This document shows positions 44,601 to 52,436 of a stretch of 64,000 nt of DNA, piece by piece. The stretch's first letter is position 1; each line of letters opens with the position of its first letter. The stretch lies in IMG/VR virus record IMGVR_UViG_3300045988_168611, positions 1 through 64,000 of that record; one strand, 5' to 3'. This DNA is from a virus. A program made the position numbers and the translations under genes. The notes under the pieces are model-generated. The model had not been told where the DNA came from. It saw nothing but the letters and a program-made list of their open reading frames with translations, and did not search any database.

Positions 44601-47058
44601 CTTCCGGGAGAATCCGGGTCTGGATGTCGTCATGGCACCGTTCAGCGCTGTGTCTCGTTTCAACGGTGGTTCTGCCCGTGAGGCAATGCAGGAGACTGCG
44701 CCGCTTCGTTTGCCCAACGGTACGACCGTTGAGGCCGGTATGGGTAAGGTGTCGTTCATCGGTACCCATATGACGGTGGATGCAAAGACAGCCGCATACG
44801 ATGAAGCTGCGATCCGGGCTGGCCAGGGCCGTAAGGCGTCGTCTCAGCTTGCGTGGGCGTTGCAGTCCCAGGGCTGCGATAAGGTGCTGGAGCAGATGTA
44901 CGGTGGCAACCTACAAGCTCTTGCACAGCTGCGTGAGATGGCTCTGGTGTGCGGTTTGGACATCGAGCCTGATGGCACCTTGCGTGATGGTCATGATGAT
45001 CTTGCTGTCGGTGGGCAGCGCCGTCTCATTGAGATGGGCGATGTTCCGCTCACTGAACGTGGATCGTTCGACGTGCGTCGCGTTCGTAACGATTTCGCTT
45101 CGTTGATTGGTGACGCTGGCGGTGATATGGAGATTCCGTTCCCGCTGACGATGCCAACGGGTGCTCGTACGCCTCATGCGACTGATACGACGTGGCGTGT
45201 GCCGGTGCTGAGCTCGCATCTGCGATCGGGCCAGGATCTTGACGACGGTACGTCGACGGTCCATGACTACACGTATCGCTACCTTGCGATCCGTGAATGG
45301 TCGCTGCGCTACAAGCATGCTGCTGATCGAGCTGCGTCTGGTGAGCTGACTGGCAAGGAGCTTTCTGATGCTCGTCGAACGATGGCTGAGGCGATGCATC
45401 GCGCTCAGACTGCGTACGATGGCATTGCACAGGACATCATGCGTCGCCGGTTCACCGGCAAGCGCAATGTCTTCAAGGAAGGTCTCATGGCTTCGCGTCT
45501 GCCGCACTCGGCCACTGCTGTGTGGACGGGTGATCCTCGTCTGGACATCGACCAGGTCGGTGTTGGCCCGGAGCTGGCGAAGAAACTGCATCTGCGTGAC
45601 GGTGATTACGCGCTTGTGTGGCGTGACCCCGTTCTTCGTGATGCGGGTGTGCGTTACATGCGCGTGAGCCTTGACGATCGTCTCACTGGTGTGAGTGTCA
45701 ATCCCAATATGGTCAAGTGCTTCGACGGCGATTTCGATGGTGACTCTGTTGCCGTCGTGAAGCTGGGTGATGGTCCGGCACATGAGCAAGCGCTGGAGCG
45801 CCTGACTGTCGAGGCTAACCTCATTGATCTGGGTCAGAGCATGGATGACGAGGGTCGTTACCCTCTTGCGATGCACAACGCGCTCGATGTGAAGGTGTCG
45901 CAGCACTACGATTCTCGTCATGCGGATGCGATGGATGAGGTCCACCAGCGTGCGAACGACGCCTACTATGATCTCGTGGAAGGGGAGGCTAATCGCGAGC
46001 AGTTCCTGGACGAGGGTCGTGATGTCGTGGATGCAGCGTCCTACATGTACCGTGAGGCGCTCAAGCATCAGTACGGTGAGGCTGTGTTGTCGTTTGGTTC
46101 CGTTCAGGAGCACATGAAGTCTGTGGAGGCTGCGTGTATTGAGACGGGAGCTAAAGGCTCGCCTAAGAAGATGCTGGATTATGCTCGATACATCGGGTAT
46201 GACCCGGAGAACCAGGTGGATCTGGTGACCACGCGCGTGACGCGCGAGGAACAGCTGGGTACCATGTATGCAACGGCTGTGAAGTCGTTTGGTACCGGTG
46301 TTGCCGGTACGTTCTCTCAGCGCGGCGTGCGAGCTCTTCGTAACGACGAGCTCAAGGCTGTGTTGGAGCTGACGTACCCGGTGACGCAGAGTATTCTGCA
46401 AGCCAAGCACGATCCGGTGGATGCTCGTCACCGGTATGAGCTGCTGATGGGTCCGGCTCGAAGCTTGTGGCGTGGTCAGGCGATTGCACAGGATGGCAAC
46501 GGTGTGTGGAACACTGTGACGGACGACGATCGTAAGCCGGTTCAGGCCACCAAGGATCAGTGGGTTGCCATGTTCTCGCAGTTCTACGGCGATGCAGGTC
46601 TGGGTGTGGCTGTGAACAGCGACAACATCACGAAGGTTGCAAATGCGCTCAGCGATAGCAACGGAGTGATGGTGAACCTGGAAGATGAGAAGGTCATTGA
46701 GCAGCTTGCTTCTCCGATGGATCGTCTGGCTTACGGCGGTGACTTCACCACGATGCAAGCGTTGGCTGAGGCTCACGCTAACCTGTTCGAGGGTCAGTGG
46801 AACGCCAAGTTTGCGCCAGCTCGTGTGCGTGAGGTGATGGAGGCCGATGTGGAGACGCAGGCCGAGGCACCGGTGATCGCCATGGAAGACACAGTGGCTC
46901 GTGTGGATCGTGATGAGAAGATCGGTCGACGTAAGTCGACATCGTGGGCTGTTCCGGTGCGTTCGCATACGGGTACCAGTGCAGCTGAGCGTTACGGTCT
47001 GACGGCACAGGTGGACAATGAGGCAGATGTGTCTGTCGACGACGGTTTCGAGTTGTGA
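41608..47058 (+). CDS. single-polypeptide fused beta/beta'-like two-barrel RNA polymerase (1816 aa)
   Basis: ATG 41608 after AGGAAGGAG. RpoB-like FMTAGGWTMEDSIVVS, VGDKISDMHGNKGVIS and DVVMAPFSAVSRFNGGSAREA. RpoC-like KRNVFKEGLMASRLPHSATAV, FDGDFDGDSVAV and ETGAKGS. Confidence 0.8.
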   Translation: MQTRNAGLRRYMYEHMIARTINRTSELTKTPILVSQGRRLRDLMEERLNEQGRSFNDGDLPVADALNAIQSVMQENVPGYKDLFQPADTSSKGYKALYEEFRNMVGLNGSAGAAGPRLPISPYDPRWGSRRTVKQAGTSILYVLDGDIAAYADGKPSNVEKVTTSELTLYRLTDEGKAKEAGRALSLDDVSGLTELMGRMSTAEYNEVRQWVLDGARNPETGRYNARQFMSTEALARSRAVLDMLAEEGIPYTIEKDLRPGQIRARLTGTNMTVRLTDTRDKEQWVGRVYDNGATLYFSTTARRDNKQVAYVPTVDEVCDLVRVALGRPVERKDGKGLVGRVGERQTSKGKTVQESYLSTGTLTSAYKDMPGMNSEQIVIRRQMKERSASSRFFADTPEGREQASAFISDAVHSARHNVAEQLDVDGLIQQFRDHEDAAREGAYIPMLSGDPDLAAVGRAYWDVLRGAETTLLKPEATRAEYAEATGLLDDMDQESDLSGVHDMLVGSVAYTGTPEERVRAHLRDLLDTQIGIDEPIDSDDFVFDPVRVARYMASEHGQWRNNDDLVAAMRSAGVPQEKIVGESFYSNTFRDRLITFDESTALPMDVVEDTFTQSMLQVVSDTLESCAVTPGSIRVDANGVVEWTGSIMRSQTGKEEPVSGTIGQIFARGENGEIITRFNSGNDLMIVPGFDARVVAQKPGENKSLEERTRLIGYEQQMSDAIRYRVQADVLSGRSRVGEPASLNSVYRRLSDTRHRADHYERALEEGMDRKILDAILATEARRVRYPNALRDGSTIDADFRASRAREQGIGGDPANDTTMDPWVLTGGRNMSLLSEEADGYFDPIMTSGGVNQGVTRYLVSGAQVNPDGSIVRSDKNDRAPLMLTEQAQLMSYDPFDRQQMTTSNLMNASSVTKPVGTAFMTAGGWTMEDSIVVSADFARQYRVRGTDGQMRDLIVGDKISDMHGNKGVISLIVDRDADLSPDEIEELHGSTDMMTLFRENPGLDVVMAPFSAVSRFNGGSAREAMQETAPLRLPNGTTVEAGMGKVSFIGTHMTVDAKTAAYDEAAIRAGQGRKASSQLAWALQSQGCDKVLEQMYGGNLQALAQLREMALVCGLDIEPDGTLRDGHDDLAVGGQRRLIEMGDVPLTERGSFDVRRVRNDFASLIGDAGGDMEIPFPLTMPTGARTPHATDTTWRVPVLSSHLRSGQDLDDGTSTVHDYTYRYLAIREWSLRYKHAADRAASGELTGKELSDARRTMAEAMHRAQTAYDGIAQDIMRRRFTGKRNVFKEGLMASRLPHSATAVWTGDPRLDIDQVGVGPELAKKLHLRDGDYALVWRDPVLRDAGVRYMRVSLDDRLTGVSVNPNMVKCFDGDFDGDSVAVVKLGDGPAHEQALERLTVEANLIDLGQSMDDEGRYPLAMHNALDVKVSQHYDSRHADAMDEVHQRANDAYYDLVEGEANREQFLDEGRDVVDAASYMYREALKHQYGEAVLSFGSVQEHMKSVEAACIETGAKGSPKKMLDYARYIGYDPENQVDLVTTRVTREEQLGTMYATAVKSFGTGVAGTFSQRGVRALRNDELKAVLELTYPVTQSILQAKHDPVDARHRYELLMGPARSLWRGQAIAQDGNGVWNTVTDDDRKPVQATKDQWVAMFSQFYGDAGLGVAVNSDNITKVANALSDSNGVMVNLEDEKVIEQLASPMDRLAYGGDFTTMQALAEAHANLFEGQWNAKFAPARVREVMEADVETQAEAPVIAMEDTVARVDRDEKIGRRKSTSWAVPVRSHTGTSAAERYGLTAQVDNEADVSVDDGFEL

Positions 47059-47087
47059 TCATCATGTGATCATGCGCTGAAGCTATG

Positions 47088-47125
47088 AAGAAGCAGGTCT
47101 CGCCTTTAGGTGGGGCCTGCTTCTT
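47088..47125 (+). terminator. hairpin AAGAAGCAGG.../...CCTGCTTCTT (10 perfect bp, extended by G-U/G-C pairs)
   Basis: Read directly after the stop at 47058. Confidence 0.6.
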
Positions 47126-47170
47126 TGTATTAGTGGAGGCTGGCTTGTGTCGTAATCGTTGCAATAGTGC

Positions 47171-47189
47171 GATATACTGGTATACGAGT
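47171..47189 (+). promoter_or_regulatory. promoter/operator box GATATACTGGTATACGAGT
   Basis: 16 of 19 nt identical to 32972-32990 (GATACCCTCGTATACGAGT). Related to 9676-9695. Confidence 0.4.
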
Positions 47190-47213
47190 CGAATGCAACT
47201 AAACGAAAGGAAG

Positions 47214-48566
47214 ATGGTCATGTCGACGATATGGTACGAGGGTCCAGCTGATGGCAACATTCAGAGGCGTTACGGTCTTGATTCTCATGAGTGGGTGGGA
47301 TCGCTGTCCGATAGGGTGGCGACAATCATTGACAAGGATGATCCTTGGAAGGAAACGCATGTGAATGCGCTTCTGCGTGATGGTGTGGAATTCTTTGCGC
47401 AGAAGTCTCAGGATCATCCAGAATTGGGTGATGATGACCAGATGCGTGATGCTGTCTCGTATGTGGCACACAGCGGTGTTCTCATCGATGATGAGACTCT
47501 GTTGGCTCTTATAGAAGCGGATGACAAGTATGTTGTTCCGTTTGGTGCAGAGTCGCTTATGTATGAATACAACAAGATGCATCAGCCTGATTACGGACGG
47601 CTGTATCAGCGTGAGCGTGATGCTGCACAGTTGCCGTACGCGGAGGCAACAGATGAAGAGATCAAGCAGTACTATGGCCTTGATCCACATGAGTGGAAGG
47701 GGAGCCTTGCCGATAAGGTGATGGCGATCGTCAACAAGAATACGCCTGACAAGGAAACGCATGTGAATGCGCTCTTGCGCGATGGCGCACGTCTGTTCGC
47801 TCAGAATATGGAAGCTCAACCGGTATCGGGTGTGAGTGACGATGATTTGCGTTACGCGGTGGAATCTGGTGGCGATGAGCTGCGTGCTGCCATCTCTGAC
47901 GCATCATGGGCTGGTGTCCTCATCAACGATGAGGCGATGGAAGCTATCAAGCATGTGGAGAAGGAGTACATCACCGAGTTTGGTGGAGATTCTCTCACAC
48001 GTGCGTACGATCAGATGCGCAAGTTGAACGATGCGCGCGCTCATTACCGCGAGGCTGCGAAGGAGATGCGCACGGCTGCCCCTGTTGCTCCGGCTCCGAC
48101 AACCCCGAGTTTTGATCGGTTCGCTCCGCCTCAGGGTGCGCGTGTGACGACGGTTCCGCCGCCTGTGCGTACTGTTGGGTCTGCTCGATCTGCCCGCTCT
48201 GTACAGCCTGTGCAGTCTGTGCCGCCTATTCCTCAGCCCCCGAAGACGCCGGGATCTCAGGTTCGTACAGGTGGTCCTGTGCGAGTGGGTAATGTCGCCA
48301 AAGATTGGCTCGCGTCGATGGGTCGTGACGAGAAGGGTCATCCTCTTGCGTCTGCGCCTGCACCGTCTGCACAGTCCCCTGCATCGTCTGGGCCTAAGAT
48401 TCCGGCTCAGCGATCGGGTTCGATTCAGGCTGCGCTCCCTGGCAGTGGTGTCACCGTGGGTCGATCGACGCCGCGTGTGCCACCTACTGCTGGTACAGCT
48501 CGTCGTATGAGTGCTCCTGAGCCCCAGGTGCAGACCCCAAGCGTTGATGACGGCTTCGAGCTGTAA
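47214..48566 (+). CDS. hypothetical protein with an internal tandem duplication, a Pro-rich tail and a C-terminal ...VDDGFEL
   Basis: ATG 47214 after GAAAGGAAG. Repeat units start YGLDSHEW (47271) and YGLDPHEW (47673), and both contain KETHVNALLRDG. Confidence 0.6.
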   Translation: MVMSTIWYEGPADGNIQRRYGLDSHEWVGSLSDRVATIIDKDDPWKETHVNALLRDGVEFFAQKSQDHPELGDDDQMRDAVSYVAHSGVLIDDETLLALIEADDKYVVPFGAESLMYEYNKMHQPDYGRLYQRERDAAQLPYAEATDEEIKQYYGLDPHEWKGSLADKVMAIVNKNTPDKETHVNALLRDGARLFAQNMEAQPVSGVSDDDLRYAVESGGDELRAAISDASWAGVLINDEAMEAIKHVEKEYITEFGGDSLTRAYDQMRKLNDARAHYREAAKEMRTAAPVAPAPTTPSFDRFAPPQGARVTTVPPPVRTVGSARSARSVQPVQSVPPIPQPPKTPGSQVRTGGPVRVGNVAKDWLASMGRDEKGHPLASAPAPSAQSPASSGPKIPAQRSGSIQAALPGSGVTVGRSTPRVPPTAGTARRMSAPEPQVQTPSVDDGFEL

Positions 48567-48608
48567 CGCGCCTTCGAAGAGATTGAAAGCAATAGAAAGG
48601 AGGAAAAG

Positions 48609-50282
48609 ATGGTTCGCCCACCTCGTCAACTTCCAGCACCTCGGTACGGGGGTGACGTTGGTCCGCAGAAGGATCAAGACGAAACTGCGACGATGGTTGT
48701 TACCAAGGAGCAGATTTTCGATGAGAAGCCTGAACCTGCCGAGCCTACCCAGGCAGTAGAGCCAAAGCCTGCGCTTGATTGGGCGCAACAGCTGAGGCTT
48801 GATATGCGCTACCACGCTGATGGGTATCTTCATGCTCTCAGCCAGATCGATATGAAGTCGATGAAGCGAAAGGCTGACATCGCTTCTCGCATGAACGATC
48901 TTCAGGGTAAGCACAAAGCGTATGCCTCGATGATGGTTCTCAGCGCTCTCATTCCACTGAAAGACGGTGTGTCGATGTCGGCTGTGGCCGAATCTGTTGG
49001 CATGGGCGTCACGATGTGGATGCTGTCGCCTAACTTCCGTCAACAGGTGAAGTCGTTTGCTCGCGATGCTCGTATGGCTGTCGAAGACATGGCAGAGGCT
49101 CGTCGACGCAGTCAGTCGAAACAGTTGCATGATCAGGCCGATCGACATCGGCAGAAGCATGGTGGTGAACTACCGCCATCTCTGAAGCGTCGTCTGGAGC
49201 GTATTGAAGCCAAGGAGCGTAATGGTCGCATCCCGTTTAATGAAGCGAGTGCGGCGTTGACACATCTCGGTTTGAGCGAAGCGATGTTCAACCAGATGCG
49301 TCAACCTGGTGTGGATCCTGCTGGGGTCCAAGAGGGCTATGCACACCTGATGGAGCGTTTCTGGGACGATGTTCAGAAGGACGGCCTGGACCCTGAACGA
49401 GTGAACACCGTCAGCCGCATGCTTATGGGTCAACGGATGCGTTATGAGCCTCATTGGGCGAATGCGTTCGTTGAGACGGCTCATGGTGAAGTCGACATGG
49501 ACATGGTGGAGCAAGTGGATGCTCAGACGGGTGAACCGCGTCGAACGTGGACCGGTATCTGGTCCACGCGCATGGGCGAGCCCATCGTGGGCGGTTCTTT
49601 CACTGTCCGTCCTCCGTACAACGAGATGCAGCATGAGTTGTCTCTGAGTACGTGCATGGCTCGTGAGATGGAGCGTGCAGCGCTGAATGGCAACATTGCG
49701 GATTTGAACGAATCGCTGCTTGCCTATGGTTCTGCCTGGTCTGTTCGGGACAAGAACCTGGATGTGCACAGCGTTCCTGGTGCGATGGGTGAGAAGATTC
49801 GTCGAGCTCGTCGTGGTCTCGATGCCATGGAATTCGATGGTTTCGATCGAGATGCGCAGCGAGACATCTATGCGACATCGTTCGTTCACGCCATGGACAT
49901 GGTGGCGAAGGCTCACCCGGACATCGAACGTCACTGGGCGCAGCAGTATGGGTCTCAGTGGCGATCAGAAATGCGAGACTTCGCAGCGACGCCTGAAGAG
50001 ACCTACAACCGGTGGCAACGGGGGGAGTTTTATTCTGATGCACGTGAATCTCCAGGGCATGACAACGCCCATGCGGATCCCCACACGGAGCGTATGAGGG
50101 AAGACTCAAGGCGCAGGCGCAGCGCGTACAACCGCGCGCGTGACAACCAGGAGTACAACGCTCATGAGACATCAGCGTTTAGCGCTGATACTGATTTCGA
50201 ACTCAACGATGTCGACGACGGGTTTGACATGGGTGGGTACGATCGACCTAATGACAATGATGGCTTTGAGCCGTCTCTATGA
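48609..50282 (+). CDS. hypothetical protein (557 aa) with an acidic-aromatic C-terminus (DTDFELNDVDDGFDMGG...NDGFEPSL)
   Basis: ATG after AAAGGAGG. No recognisable domain. Confidence 0.6.
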   Translation: MVRPPRQLPAPRYGGDVGPQKDQDETATMVVTKEQIFDEKPEPAEPTQAVEPKPALDWAQQLRLDMRYHADGYLHALSQIDMKSMKRKADIASRMNDLQGKHKAYASMMVLSALIPLKDGVSMSAVAESVGMGVTMWMLSPNFRQQVKSFARDARMAVEDMAEARRRSQSKQLHDQADRHRQKHGGELPPSLKRRLERIEAKERNGRIPFNEASAALTHLGLSEAMFNQMRQPGVDPAGVQEGYAHLMERFWDDVQKDGLDPERVNTVSRMLMGQRMRYEPHWANAFVETAHGEVDMDMVEQVDAQTGEPRRTWTGIWSTRMGEPIVGGSFTVRPPYNEMQHELSLSTCMAREMERAALNGNIADLNESLLAYGSAWSVRDKNLDVHSVPGAMGEKIRRARRGLDAMEFDGFDRDAQRDIYATSFVHAMDMVAKAHPDIERHWAQQYGSQWRSEMRDFAATPEETYNRWQRGEFYSDARESPGHDNAHADPHTERMREDSRRRRSAYNRARDNQEYNAHETSAFSADTDFELNDVDDGFDMGGYDRPNDNDGFEPSL

Positions 50283-50299
50283 AAGGAGTTGAGTGATCA

Positions 50300-50626
50300 A
50301 TGTTGGGTTTTCCAAAGGATGACGATACGATCGCCGGTCTGTTCGGTGTCAGCGAAGAGGATCGTCACGCATGGGCTAAGGAGCACCAGATGAGGTTGGA
50401 GCGTCAGCAGGCGCAAAAGCCGGGTCTGGCGAAGAAGGCAACGATGGCCGCCTACGAAATCGCTGCTGCGGGTATTACCTCGCAGATGCGTGCGGCGTAC
50501 ATCGAAGAGGCTCGTGGCACGATGGCGAAAGAGACGACTACGACGACTCGTAGTCAGTCTCGAAACATCGATCCTGAATTCGAAGAGATCCGTCGCGAGA
50601 GTGGTGGCTACGAATTCGGTGGCTGA
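50300..50626 (+). CDS. hypothetical small protein (108 aa)
   Basis: AAAGGAG SD. ORF track. Confidence 0.5.
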   Translation: MLGFPKDDDTIAGLFGVSEEDRHAWAKEHQMRLERQQAQKPGLAKKATMAAYEIAAAGITSQMRAAYIEEARGTMAKETTTTTRSQSRNIDPEFEEIRRESGGYEFGG

Positions 50627-50648
50627 TGTGTCGTTGTGGCGCTGGCTG

Positions 50649-50683
50649 ATATATCCCCAGGGGTTCATCCCCTGGGGATATAT
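50649..50683 (+). terminator. hairpin ATATATCCCCAGGGG/CCCCTGGGGATATAT
   Basis: Perfect 15-bp stem with a 5-nt loop. Confidence 0.7.
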
Positions 50684-50798
50684 TTATGTATCGGTCGGTT
50701 AGGCATCGGTGTGTTCCGATATGTTAGACTGATATACGAACATAATCAGAAAGCGGCTATGTGCCGTGACACGTAGGGAAAGGATGAGAGGTTGGATC

Positions 50799-51140
50799 AT
50801 GGCGCTCTACAAGAAGGACGCGGAGAAGAATGTGAGGGTGGACGATGACACTCGTATGACGAAGACGAGGTTGATACAAGCTGTATCGAAGCGGACGGGT
50901 ATCGATGCGGCGACGGTGCGAGCTGTGTATGCGGCAATCGTTGATGAGATCATCACGACTACCCGTTCTGGCCGATCGGTCATGCTGACGGGGTTCGGTC
51001 GTTTCTACCGGCTGCATAAGGCCGGTCATACTGTGCAGTTCACCAAGTCGGGTACAGGCGTAGTACCTGGCTACGACGTGCTGAAGTTTTCTGCTTCGTC
51101 GACATTGAACCGATCTTTGACAAATGAGTCGAGTGAGTAG
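50799..51140 (+). CDS. HU/IHF-family DNA-binding protein
   Basis: MTKTRLIQAVSKRTGIDAATVRAVYAAIVDEI...VMLTGFGRFY fits the HU fold signature. The start is uncertain (ATG 50799 or 50856). Confidence 0.6.
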   Translation: MALYKKDAEKNVRVDDDTRMTKTRLIQAVSKRTGIDAATVRAVYAAIVDEIITTTRSGRSVMLTGFGRFYRLHKAGHTVQFTKSGTGVVPGYDVLKFSASSTLNRSLTNESSE

Positions 51141-51154
51141 TCGTACGATCGTGA

Positions 51155-51195
51155 GAACAAAACCCTGAGCACGTGATGTGCCCAGGGTTTTGTTC
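51155..51195. terminator. bidirectional terminator GAACAAAACCCTG/CAGGGTTTTGTTC
   Basis: Perfect 13-bp stem between convergent genes. Confidence 0.7.
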
Positions 51196-51204
51196 ATGCG
51201 GAAG

Positions 51205-52362
51205 TCATTGGGGGATGGATCCATTGATCTCGACATATGTCGTCTGCACATTTGTTTGATCAGGTTTCTTTTCCCACATGACCCACCCATTCGTCAACAA
51301 TTCTCGATTACTGTCGTGTTCTTTCCATCTAAACGATAGCCAGAACGATGAGCCATTGAGAATGGATTTCCTAGTATCGATGGGTAGTTGGGACAATCGG
51401 TGTGTCGCATATTTGACGACATCATCAATTGTATATCGTTGGCCATGCACTGCCGCCCCTTGGAACTTCACAGATGTGGTAAACATCTGAGGTTCTATTT
51501 CGCCAATGTCAATGTTGTGACGATCGAATTTCATACGATAGCCATTGGCGCGAGGTGTTGTATCGTCATCCGAAGTAGCGAAGATGGATACCAACGTGCG
51601 AATTTCTGATTCACTCGATGCAGTGATGTCGACCGTACCCTCCACAATGGATGTTGTCGGATGCTCTCTCATTATATCGAGAAGTTTGTCTCGAAATTCG
51701 ATAGCATCTGCTTCGTTGAAATTCTCTAGGTAATAGAGATAGCCACGCCCATGGGGTTTCGCGAAGTACACAAGATCGTCGATGTCATACTGAGAAAGCT
51801 CACCAATGATTGCCTCGTTGTTTTTGAACCTTGTCATGAAATTGGTGATTCCGGTACGAGTGTAGTCGGCATACTTCCATGACGAAAAGCCCCATTGATC
51901 CAGGAGGTCAACAGTGAGATCTCTGCGGTCGTAGTACATGGTGTCCAAAATCGCAGAGTATAGTGCTGTTCCCTTGCTTTTCTGGATGAGGGTTTGTCCA
52001 CGTGCGATGAATGAGTCCTCTGTCGCGAATTCTGTCCATGTGACGACAATGTCCAACTTTTTATCCGTGAGTTGTTGGATTTTGGAACCCATGTCTTTTT
52101 GCTTGTGGCGTCGACCAATCACATCGAACATATCGATGAGGTTTTGGCGATAGTCGTTGCGACCTTTCGCCTTGAAGGGAATGCCGTAACACATTTTGTC
52201 GTCAGGCTGAGGACTCCATAGAGTAATTTTGGGACCAATTTTTGTTGACCACTCGTATTTCTCAGGATGCAACTCATTAACGATGTCGATAAACGTTTGG
52301 GCTACGTCTAACGATTCAGCAGTGATGTGGAAGTACCCTTTCACTGTGGTTGTGACTACCAT
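51205..52362 (-). CDS. hypothetical protein (385 aa), in a visibly AT-richer segment
   Basis: ORF track. SD GAAAGGGG. No recognisable motif. Confidence 0.6.
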   Translation of the reverse strand: MVVTTTVKGYFHITAESLDVAQTFIDIVNELHPEKYEWSTKIGPKITLWSPQPDDKMCYGIPFKAKGRNDYRQNLIDMFDVIGRRHKQKDMGSKIQQLTDKKLDIVVTWTEFATEDSFIARGQTLIQKSKGTALYSAILDTMYYDRRDLTVDLLDQWGFSSWKYADYTRTGITNFMTRFKNNEAIIGELSQYDIDDLVYFAKPHGRGYLYYLENFNEADAIEFRDKLLDIMREHPTTSIVEGTVDITASSESEIRTLVSIFATSDDDTTPRANGYRMKFDRHNIDIGEIEPQMFTTSVKFQGAAVHGQRYTIDDVVKYATHRLSQLPIDTRKSILNGSSFWLSFRWKEHDSNRELLTNGWVMWEKKPDQTNVQTTYVEINGSIPQ

Positions 52363-52436
52363 GGTTGACCCCTTTCGTTATTGTGCGCTCACTACTGTGA
52401 GTCTGATGTGGGTGCGTTTATTTAGTGCACCACAAT

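Noticed and set aside
44911-46968. 685-aa minus-strand ORF inside the RNAP gene
   Set aside because: The plus frame carries unmistakable RpoB/RpoC motifs. The antisense frame is R/H/S/T-rich with no motifs.
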